Below are positions 45,898 through 54,224 of a DNA stretch of 64,000 nucleotides, in pieces. The notes under the pieces were generated by a model. That model ran no database searches. It had not been told where the DNA came from and saw only the letters and a list, made by a program, of their open reading frames with translations. A program made the position numbers and the translations under genes. Location of the stretch: the IMG/VR virus record IMGVR_UViG_3300031134_000001, positions 64,001-128,000 of that record; one strand, given 5' to 3'. Within the stretch, counting starts at the first letter, position 1. Each line of letters opens with the position of its first letter. The DNA comes from a virus (lineage: Duplodnaviria; Caudoviricetes).

Positions 45898-46749
45898 GTG
45901 ACCTTAACCATGTTAGATTTGTTAACTGATTTCCTCGATACACAGACCACTGTGGAAGAGAAGCAATACGTGCTAGCAGCTGACCGCGTTGCGCAGCGCG
46001 CAGAGCTGGAATACGAACACGTCATTGAAGAAATACTGTCGGTGCAGCAAGAGCTGGACTCCGGTAGCGCTTTGAGCGAGATCATCAATGTCTACCGTCA
46101 ACTCATGCTCAACCTTCTGGATATGCATGCCGTGACGGTGAGCGACGACTTAAGTATCAAAGAGCTGGCTGACATCGTCAACGGTTTACTTGACATCGAC
46201 AACGTCGAGAACCCACACCTGTTATTCCATCTGGCCGACGAAGAAGCCCGTCCAGTGGAAAAGCTCTCGATCATGCTCTCGCAGGTCACGACCTTATCGA
46301 CCGAACAACTCATGCAAAGCGTGAGCGATGTGTCCGAGACGTTCTTCCGTCGCTTAAAGGAAGTCAACCAAGTCATCCATCACGAAGAAGACGATGATGA
46401 ACTGCACATGACCCGTGAACGTATCCACGCCTACCGCAAGTTCGACATCTACTTAAGCGCAATCGGCGCGGCGATCGTTCATGTCCCAAGCATGATGCGT
46501 GGCCACGCTAAGCCAGGGATGACGTTCGAACTGTATGCACGGTTGATCGACGGCATGCAGCCAATCCTGTCGATGCCCGGCAAGATGATTGCGCGTGAGT
46601 TGTTTGCAGCTGCCTTGATTTCCTCGGACGGCTTTGGTAACCCAGGCGAAATCGTTAAAGCCAATCTGGAGCAATTCATCCCTGACCTGAAACTCATTGG
46701 CGAAGTGATGGTAGAAGTGCGCCAACTCATGATGGGATACTCCAAATGA
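45898..46749 (+). CDS. conserved phiKZ gp79-like protein (start 45898 or 45910)
   Basis: Acidic helical ORF coupled (ATGA) to the virion RNAP subunit. Confidence 0.75.
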   Translation: MTLTMLDLLTDFLDTQTTVEEKQYVLAADRVAQRAELEYEHVIEEILSVQQELDSGSALSEIINVYRQLMLNLLDMHAVTVSDDLSIKELADIVNGLLDIDNVENPHLLFHLADEEARPVEKLSIMLSQVTTLSTEQLMQSVSDVSETFFRRLKEVNQVIHHEEDDDELHMTRERIHAYRKFDIYLSAIGAAIVHVPSMMRGHAKPGMTFELYARLIDGMQPILSMPGKMIARELFAAALISSDGFGNPGEIVKANLEQFIPDLKLIGEVMVEVRQLMMGYSK

Positions 46750-48107
46750 ATCGTTTAGAATTCTTCTTAGGCGCCATGCGCGCCGGTATGTATCGGCACA
46801 AGAACTGGGTGATCACAGCGTTTGCTGTCACGCAGGAAAATGCCGATGCTTATAAAGCCGATCCGTATCCATACCGGATTGTGCAAACACCGACTGGCAC
46901 GTTCTTCGTCAACCCAGAAAACCCGAGCGAACTGTTACCCATCGACGAAACCGTTCCCGGTCAAGCCCCGTTTGACAAGGCGATGAAAGTCCAGCTCAAA
47001 GCCGGCGACGTGGAGAACTTGACGCAAAACGTTGAGACCAGTTACGGCAACATTCTGGCCAACTGCATTGTGTTAGTCTACCCGTTCGGTAACAAGCTCC
47101 CGTTCATGCTCGGCAAAATGAAGCCTGAACAACTCGAAGCCATGATCCTGCCACGCCTGGTGGATGATCCGGTACAGAACGGCATGGTGCAAGCAGGTAG
47201 TCCGATGCCCGCACCTCGCTTACCGAATGCGCCCCAGGAAATCTACGTTTCCGAATACCTCAAGTTCACCAACGCCATGACGTACATCACTGGCTTTGCG
47301 TACTTGTGGGTGACAGGTGGTACGGAGAAGTGTCTGCTGCCGCCTCCGGGTCTGAAAGAGTTCAAGGCTGCGCTCTTTAAGAAGTACAATATCGATCCGA
47401 AAGACAAGAGCTTTGATCCTGCGGTGCTAGCCCAGATTGCCAAAGAGCTGAAAGAGCTCGATCAAGAATGGTTGAAGGGCGACGACGCGTTAAACTTCCT
47501 GATTGGTAGTAAAGTGGACGTCACGCGTGGTAAGAAGTTCTTGATGGTTGGCGCTGAAGCTGGTCTGGGCGATGGCCAGAACATGGAACTCGTACCGAAC
47601 TCCTTGGCTGAAGGTTGGGACGTGGACAAGATGCCCGCCATGATTAACAACCTGCGGGCAGGTTCGTTTAACCGTGGTGCCGAGACCATGAAGGGTGGTG
47701 AGTCGGTTAAGTGGCTGCAACGCGCGTCGTCCAACATCAACATCAAGCCCGGCGACTGTGGCACGAAACTGGGTCGGGTGGTAACGCTCGTACCGGAGAT
47801 GCGTTCGAAGTATCTGAACTTCAGTGCGATTGTGCCTGGTCCGGGCCTGCCTACCGTGCGCTTGACGGAAGACGTCATCGACAAGTACATGGGCAAGAAA
47901 CTCATGATGCGTTCTCCTATGTATTGCATCCACTCGCATACGGACTACTGCGCTACGTGCGTCGGCCCGCGTCTGGAAGAAAACCCAACCGGGTCTTCCT
48001 CGGCAATCTCCGAGTTTGGTTCTACCATCATGCTGATGTTCATGAAGGCCAACCACGGTAAAGCCTTGTTGCTTAAGAAGTACGATTACAAGCTTCGTAT
48101 CCTTTGA
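46746..48107 (+). CDS. virion RNA polymerase beta' middle subunit (phiKZ gp80-like)
   Basis: SLAEG, RGAETMKGG bridge helix, GDCGT and RSPMYC...CATCVG zinc site. Confidence 0.85.
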   Translation: MNRLEFFLGAMRAGMYRHKNWVITAFAVTQENADAYKADPYPYRIVQTPTGTFFVNPENPSELLPIDETVPGQAPFDKAMKVQLKAGDVENLTQNVETSYGNILANCIVLVYPFGNKLPFMLGKMKPEQLEAMILPRLVDDPVQNGMVQAGSPMPAPRLPNAPQEIYVSEYLKFTNAMTYITGFAYLWVTGGTEKCLLPPPGLKEFKAALFKKYNIDPKDKSFDPAVLAQIAKELKELDQEWLKGDDALNFLIGSKVDVTRGKKFLMVGAEAGLGDGQNMELVPNSLAEGWDVDKMPAMINNLRAGSFNRGAETMKGGESVKWLQRASSNINIKPGDCGTKLGRVVTLVPEMRSKYLNFSAIVPGPGLPTVRLTEDVIDKYMGKKLMMRSPMYCIHSHTDYCATCVGPRLEENPTGSSSAISEFGSTIMLMFMKANHGKALLLKKYDYKLRIL

Positions 48108-48138
48108 AGCACCTTTCATTATCCATTAGGAGTCTACC

Positions 48139-48960
48139 ATGAGCAAAAACAGTAACCGCAACCGCGCCGCCCAAACGACCGAAACCGCGAACGCTTACGA
48201 ACAACCGACTGGCGATACCGCTCCCGTCCAGTTCCCAAAAACCAACACGCCACCCGAAAAGTTCGAACCGACGAATAAACCGGAAGACACGCAAGGTGCC
48301 CAGGGTGAAACGTCATCGGCCGACACAGCAACGACTACACCCGCTGAAGCAGTCGAAACCAAAGTCGACCCACTCGGTCCAATCCCGGAAAATGCGAACG
48401 TTCTGCGTGGCATGGTTGCGGCATCGGCCCCAGAAGTCACTACGGCCGTAGCGCCGGCCGAACCAGTCGTCATCGCCAAGCAAACCGTTCAGCCGCTGAC
48501 CATCCCGGTCGACCCGTACCAGCTGCCGCTGTCGTGCTCGGCTGGTTCGCGCCTGACCGTGCAAGAGCTGCGCGAGTACGTCGAGAAGATGTCGAGCCGC
48601 GTGCGTATGCCGGCTGTTGAAGGTGGTCAAGTCCAGTCGGGCCTGTATCACATCCTGATCCAAGCCATCAACACCCGCGCTGAAGACTTCGACGCGACGT
48701 TCGGCACCGTGATGCGCATCGTCCGTGACAACCTGCCGACCGTGTTCAGCATGGAAAACATGCACCGCTACACGCCGTACGCGACGCTGCCATCGAAGTC
48801 CATGGCACACTTCCGCTATCTGCTGTCGGTGCTGACCGGCTTGGCCGATCCATCGCTGCGCAACGAGACCGCTCGCCAGACCAGTCTGGAAAAGGCGTTC
48901 CGCTCGATGAACATCAAAGAAGAAGCACGTCAACGCGTGCTGAACTTCTTCAACTTCTAA
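48139..48960 (+). CDS. conserved hypothetical protein with a disordered T/E/P-rich N-terminus (273 aa)
   Basis: TAGGAG RBS; biased codons. Confidence 0.8.
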   Translation: MSKNSNRNRAAQTTETANAYEQPTGDTAPVQFPKTNTPPEKFEPTNKPEDTQGAQGETSSADTATTTPAEAVETKVDPLGPIPENANVLRGMVAASAPEVTTAVAPAEPVVIAKQTVQPLTIPVDPYQLPLSCSAGSRLTVQELREYVEKMSSRVRMPAVEGGQVQSGLYHILIQAINTRAEDFDATFGTVMRIVRDNLPTVFSMENMHRYTPYATLPSKSMAHFRYLLSVLTGLADPSLRNETARQTSLEKAFRSMNIKEEARQRVLNFFNF

Positions 48961-48971
48961 ATCGTTACGAC

Positions 48972-49027
48972 GACATAGGAACTACTACCCCTACTAGCTG
49001 CGAGGCCGGTAGGGGTAGTATGCCGCC
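48972..49027. terminator. bidirectional terminator
   Basis: GACATAG...TACTACCCCTAC...GTAGGGGTAG-TATGCCGCC between convergent genes. Confidence 0.7.
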
Positions 49028-49028
49028 A

Positions 49029-50798
49029 TTACGCGGCAATCGTGGCTGTATTCTCCAGCGCTTTTTTACGGAGGAACGATTGGTACATTTGATCGAGGCT
49101 AGGCGCCTTGTACAAGTCTTGGCAAATCTCCAGTGCATTGACATGACCACCAGCCAAGTTAAAGCCGATGCGTCGCCGGATATGATCCGGAATGCCTTCG
49201 ATGTACATGAGCTCTCGGTGTGTGGTGTACTTCGAGATGTTCATGCAAATACCCTCGTTCGGGTACGTACCAGCAATGTCCAAGTCACCCACGCCAATGC
49301 GGATGTTGGTCGGTACGTGGTGCACTTCTTCCAAACACTTCAGCCCCGAGTCCATGACCAAGTGCGCCGGCAGCATCGTAATCCAACCTTTGCCGTTGAC
49401 GGTTTTGTCATCGTTCTCATCACGCATCTCATCGGACGTACTGGCTAGTACCCGGTCCTGCTGCAACAAGTCAAAGAAGAACTTATTGCACAGCTTCTTC
49501 GGTTGCGATGGGAACAGCGCGTAGTCTGTCGGACCAGAGTACAACGGGAAGTTCAGGTTCAAGTCACCTGTTACTTCATCGAGCATCTCCATGCCGATAC
49601 AGTCAAACACGTTGTAGACGACATATTCGAATTTGTAGAACTCTTGCAAGAACGCGTGCTTCTCCCGACCGTGGTAACCATCTGCTTCGGTAAAGTTCAG
49701 CTTACCGCGCTTGAGGTACTTGTCCATGATGTCGTCCAGCGAATAACTCGACTCTTCTTGCTGGCCTGTACGAATCTGGCGATAGGCGCACATCGCATCG
49801 ATAAAGTAGAACGATGCTGGGGTAGTAACGATATGCCACTGCTGGGATGGTGAGAGTGGTGTCGTGTCGCCGTTGGCTTTCTTCTTTTGCGCAGGCCCGA
49901 TCTTAAATTCGAAATGCTTGTAGTCTTGGGGCATTCGTGGGTCGGAGAACACTTGCGCTGGATCGTCGCCATTAGCTTGCAAGGCTTCGAGCATTTTCAC
50001 CATGTCGAACTTGATGTTCCAGATGGCCAAGAAGTCAGGCTGCCATTCATGGGACTTGGCGATAACTGCTTTAACCACGTCCGCTGCCGTATCGACCAAC
50101 ACCACTTCCCACGTGATGTTACGCTGCTTCATCACGTCGCCGATGTAGTGCTGCATGGCTTCATGCAGCTTTTGTTCGACGTTAATGTGACCATCGAAGA
50201 AGGAACGTTTGATCGCCGTGAAGACGCGCTCTTTCATCGAGATCGTCTGCATGATGACTTCTTCTTCTTTACTGTGCATGTTCGTTTCCGTATCTGTCGC
50301 AGCCATGGTAGCTAGGCCGCGCAGTTGAGGGAACATGTCCATGTACATCTTCTTGAGCAGCGTCGTAGACGTCACGTCGGTGCCGTACAGATACGGTGAG
50401 CGAGCCAGCTTACGCATGTTGTCGCGCTCTGCTGGGAACGGTAACCCATAACGCTTGCGGGCTTTGTCGGTACGCTCGATCAGTTCTTTGCGTACTTTCT
50501 TTTGCAGTTCCGATTCCGTGCACACGAATTCGGTCAAGTCTGCCATCTCAGCAAACTCACGCTTTTCTTTGTGTTGCTGCACACCTGGCCGCTCAATCCA
50601 GAACTTGCGTTTGAAGTCTTTCTTGATGACGGTGTGTGGTACGAGAACAATCTTATCGCCTTCTTTGACGTGAGCAACACGTTTGATAAAATGAATATCC
50701 GGCATGCCCTGATCTGGCGGTGCGCAGTAAGTGCTATGCCGGCATTCGAAACCCAAGATGTCGTCCGGGTTGTACTCTTTGATATTCTTGATTTTCAT
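49029..50798 (-). CDS. family-B DNA polymerase, 3'-5' exonuclease/N-terminal subunit (phiKZ gp82-like)
   Basis: ExoI TDTET, ExoII WNIKFD, ExoIII YNVFD, and region II DLDIAGTYP. Confidence 0.85.
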   Translation of the reverse strand: MKIKNIKEYNPDDILGFECRHSTYCAPPDQGMPDIHFIKRVAHVKEGDKIVLVPHTVIKKDFKRKFWIERPGVQQHKEKREFAEMADLTEFVCTESELQKKVRKELIERTDKARKRYGLPFPAERDNMRKLARSPYLYGTDVTSTTLLKKMYMDMFPQLRGLATMAATDTETNMHSKEEEVIMQTISMKERVFTAIKRSFFDGHINVEQKLHEAMQHYIGDVMKQRNITWEVVLVDTAADVVKAVIAKSHEWQPDFLAIWNIKFDMVKMLEALQANGDDPAQVFSDPRMPQDYKHFEFKIGPAQKKKANGDTTPLSPSQQWHIVTTPASFYFIDAMCAYRQIRTGQQEESSYSLDDIMDKYLKRGKLNFTEADGYHGREKHAFLQEFYKFEYVVYNVFDCIGMEMLDEVTGDLNLNFPLYSGPTDYALFPSQPKKLCNKFFFDLLQQDRVLASTSDEMRDENDDKTVNGKGWITMLPAHLVMDSGLKCLEEVHHVPTNIRIGVGDLDIAGTYPNEGICMNISKYTTHRELMYIEGIPDHIRRRIGFNLAGGHVNALEICQDLYKAPSLDQMYQSFLRKKALENTATIAA

Positions 50799-50948
50799 GT
50801 GCTGTGCATTCCAAGTAGGTTAAGTGATTATCAGTATGACTTCCCCGATAACAGGCGCTTATTGTTGTGGTTATTGTGCTGAGCCAGATGATAGCACTCG
50901 CTGTTATTTTTACTTTTTACCCTCTAGGTTAATAAGGATACCTTAACC

Positions 50949-52262
50949 ATGCATCGCATGCCCCTGCTCTCTACCGAGGCAATTCACTATCAAGATACGC
51001 AGACGTTCAAAGAACTGGAGTTGGCATTTCGCGACATCATGTTCCAGACCGGCTCTGCCTACGAAGAACAACAACGCCGCAACGAACAGCTGATCGAAGC
51101 CATTATCAACAACCGCTTCAACTCGAACTGCTCGATCTCGTTCGGCGACGAATGGCCGTGCGTGCGTATCTACGACGAATACCAGAACAGTGTGCTGGTA
51201 CGTAACGAGTGGCGCGAGTTCTTCGCTGCCCAACTGAACTTCACCAAACGCTTCATCGGTGGCTCCGGCGGCATCAAGGCCGGCGTGAACATCATGAACG
51301 GTAAGCTCTCGGGTCTGTTTTCCCAGCTGCCGTTTACCATCTACCTGCCTGACATGATGCTCAAGCGTAATGCACGCTCGACAGAAGGCTACTCGATTCC
51401 AGCGCAGTACCGCGTCACTTCGGAAGAGATGGCATCAATCGTCCTGCACGAGATCGGGCACTTCTTCACGTACTGCGAAACGTTCAGCCGTACCGTCACG
51501 ACCAACCAAGCACTGGCTGCGATGGTCAAAGAACTCGACGGCAACTACTCGGTGGAAAAGCGTGAAGTCATCATCGCGCGTACCGTGGACGACTTGAAGC
51601 TTAAAGACGTGAACGTGGCTGCCCTGTCCAAAGTGAACAACAGCGCTATCCTGGAAACAGCGATCGTCTCGGAAGTGGCGGAGCAGTCACGTACGGAACT
51701 GGGCATCAGTATCTACGACTCGACCGCGTCGGAACAACTGGCTGACCAATTCGCTACCCGCTTCGGCGCTGGCGTTCACCTGATGACCGGCCTGAATAAA
51801 ATTCACGCGCTGTTCGGTGGCACCAACGCTACGAGCAGCACGCCATGGTTTGTGTTTGGCCAGATCATGTCGATCGCCATCATGTTCATTCCGCCAATCT
51901 GCATCCTGACCATTCCGCTGAACATCATCGGTATCTTAATGGGTGGCTTCGGTGACGCTGGTGACAACACCTACGACACACCGGAGATTCGTTTCCGCCG
52001 GATCAAGCAAGACACGATCAACCGCCTGAAGAACCGCGCCATCTCGGACGTTGAGCGCAAGCGTACGCTGGCTGATCTGGAAGCGATGGACAAAGCGATG
52101 CAAGGCGTTCGCGACAAACGCGAGTGGACCGAAATGGTTGCCCAGACCATCATCCCTGTGTACCGTCGTCACCGCAAAACCAAACTGCTGCAACAGCAGC
52201 TCGAACAACTGGCCAGCAACCCACTCTTCGTGCGCGCTGCTGAACTGAACACTTTACTGTAA
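50949..52262 (+). CDS. virion protein with zincin metallopeptidase motif (437 aa)
   Basis: IVLHEIGH (HExxH), EQLADQFA and a hydrophobic segment; heads the structural gene cluster. Confidence 0.7.
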   Translation: MHRMPLLSTEAIHYQDTQTFKELELAFRDIMFQTGSAYEEQQRRNEQLIEAIINNRFNSNCSISFGDEWPCVRIYDEYQNSVLVRNEWREFFAAQLNFTKRFIGGSGGIKAGVNIMNGKLSGLFSQLPFTIYLPDMMLKRNARSTEGYSIPAQYRVTSEEMASIVLHEIGHFFTYCETFSRTVTTNQALAAMVKELDGNYSVEKREVIIARTVDDLKLKDVNVAALSKVNNSAILETAIVSEVAEQSRTELGISIYDSTASEQLADQFATRFGAGVHLMTGLNKIHALFGGTNATSSTPWFVFGQIMSIAIMFIPPICILTIPLNIIGILMGGFGDAGDNTYDTPEIRFRRIKQDTINRLKNRAISDVERKRTLADLEAMDKAMQGVRDKREWTEMVAQTIIPVYRRHRKTKLLQQQLEQLASNPLFVRAAELNTLL

Positions 52263-52280
52263 CTACAAGGACCCATCGTC

Positions 52281-52811
52281 ATGAACCCAAAATACTTCGG
52301 CTTGAATGAAGCCATCGGCAAACTGATCAAAGTGCCAGCCGTCCAAGGCCGCATCGTCGCCATCGCTGTTGCTCTGGCTGCATCGAGTCAAGCGCACATG
52401 CCTTCGTCGCAACTGGAAAACCCGTCGGCGTTCTACGGCGAACAAGTGCACGGCTTCGTGGCTGAGAAGATCTCGGAAGTCGGCGAGTCGGTGATCTTCG
52501 CCAGCAACCTGTCGCTGGACTACGCGCAGATGTTCTGGAAGATGCGTTACACCGCAGCCTATCCAAACCGCATGCTGGTGGACAACGCATACCAAATCGA
52601 TCGCCTGCTGTCGGTACGCGCTTCGACCAGCCTGGACATCACGTCGATCTGGTCGGGCGGTCTCTTGGACGTCTCGGAAGAAATGAGCCAGTTCATGAAC
52701 ACCTACCGCGCCGAGATTATGGGCGTGGCTACGCGTGTGGCACTGATCCTGCAAGTGGAAGAAGTGCGTGACGGTGACCTGAACCCGACCGCTGCGGCAG
52801 GAGTGCTGTAA
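52281..52811 (+). CDS. putative virion protein (176 aa)
   Basis: AAGGA RBS; operonic with structural genes. Confidence 0.7.
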   Translation: MNPKYFGLNEAIGKLIKVPAVQGRIVAIAVALAASSQAHMPSSQLENPSAFYGEQVHGFVAEKISEVGESVIFASNLSLDYAQMFWKMRYTAAYPNRMLVDNAYQIDRLLSVRASTSLDITSIWSGGLLDVSEEMSQFMNTYRAEIMGVATRVALILQVEEVRDGDLNPTAAAGVL

Positions 52812-54175
52812 TGTCCTTCATTGACGTCACCGCAGCACTGGCCAAAGCCAATGGCGACAACGTCGTGTTGGCAGCACCTACCGACGAAAGTCTGAACGCC
52901 GGCGCATTCCTGCCCGATGAACCAGTTGGCGATGTCTTAACCAACGAAGTGCCGGGCGATCCGAACGTGATCCTGGACGCACTGAACAAGCTCAACGAGC
53001 CAGTGGCGACCGAATCGATTTTCAACAACCTGGACTATCTGCGTAAGGACATGCTGAGCCTGCGCGGCATGAACCAGAAGATCGCTACCGAAGCCATGAC
53101 GCTTTTGCCCAACTTCGGCCAAGGTCGTCCGGTGAACTTCTACAGCCGTCACGTCTCGCCAACCGGTTACAGCGTCGCGCTGGAAGAAATCGAAGCTGGC
53201 ATGCAAAGCGATCTGCTCTCTTCAATCGCTGGCCAGATCAATCGTCTGGAATCGATGGTGGCAACGCCAGGCAACGGCTTCGTGCTGGAAAACCTCGACT
53301 TCAAACGCCGCGCTGATCAAGTCGTGAACCAAGGCTGTCTGTTGGAAGAGTTCGCTACTACGCTGGCGACCCGAACCGCCTTCCAATGGGACGACGCAAC
53401 GTTCCGTGGTTGCGTGGTTGACCCAACGCAGAACACCATGGTGCCTGCTGTCTTGGGTATCCCTGTCAAAGTGGCGCACGGGTTTGGTGAGATGGATGCG
53501 TACTACACTGCCCACAACGATGCTCCAGCGATGCTGGAAATCATGGAGTCGTATCTGAAGGAGTGGCTGGATCTGTTTGTTGGCATCACTGACCAACTCA
53601 AGCAAACCGACACCAAGATCAGCAGCGACACGCCTAAAGCACCCACGGTGTACTTCGGCGGCGGTGGCAAGAGCACCACGCTGGTGAACATCGCCGATGT
53701 GTTCCGTTCGGCCGCTGACAAGGTCGTTGATCCAGACCCATCCACACTCAACACCTTAACGCTGGTCAAGGCTGTGGGCAACGCTGCGCAACAAGCGCGG
53801 GTCGACGACATCATGTCGCGTGGCAAAGCGTTCGTGGAAGTGGCTACTCAAGTGGCTGCTGTACTCAAAGGTCTGAGTTCGGCGTTGCAGTCGAGCCCTA
53901 ACGTGGACCACATCAGCGCCGTGCACAAGCTGGTCGGTGATTTCGCAGTCGCCTCGCAAGCACTCAACGCTGGTTACACGGAAATGCTGCGCTGGTGTGT
54001 GAACGCCAGCATCGCTACGTCGTATGCTGGCACGTTGGCTGCCAAGGTCGGCGAAGTCGCATGGAAGGCTGCGCAGCAATGCCGCGAGACCATCCAGATG
54101 TCCGAGCACACCTACGTGTCGCTCAAAGTGCGTGCTGAGCTGATGCAAGCTGCACTCACCCAAAACGCAATGTAA
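52811..54175 (+). CDS. putative virion head protein (454 aa)
   Basis: TAATG coupling; A-x-E sites (ATE|S, ALE|E) after an acidic N-terminus, as in phiKZ head-protease substrates. Confidence 0.65.
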   Translation: MSFIDVTAALAKANGDNVVLAAPTDESLNAGAFLPDEPVGDVLTNEVPGDPNVILDALNKLNEPVATESIFNNLDYLRKDMLSLRGMNQKIATEAMTLLPNFGQGRPVNFYSRHVSPTGYSVALEEIEAGMQSDLLSSIAGQINRLESMVATPGNGFVLENLDFKRRADQVVNQGCLLEEFATTLATRTAFQWDDATFRGCVVDPTQNTMVPAVLGIPVKVAHGFGEMDAYYTAHNDAPAMLEIMESYLKEWLDLFVGITDQLKQTDTKISSDTPKAPTVYFGGGGKSTTLVNIADVFRSAADKVVDPDPSTLNTLTLVKAVGNAAQQARVDDIMSRGKAFVEVATQVAAVLKGLSSALQSSPNVDHISAVHKLVGDFAVASQALNAGYTEMLRWCVNASIATSYAGTLAAKVGEVAWKAAQQCRETIQMSEHTYVSLKVRAELMQAALTQNAM

Positions 54176-54222
54176 CATCATAGCTCCCGCCACCCACACC
54201 GGGTAGCGGGAGTCTATGCCGT
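54175..54222. terminator. bidirectional terminator
   Basis: ACATCATAG-CTCCCGCCACCC-ACACC-GGGTAGCGGGAG-TCTATGCCGT. Confidence 0.75.
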
Positions 54223-54224
54223 CA

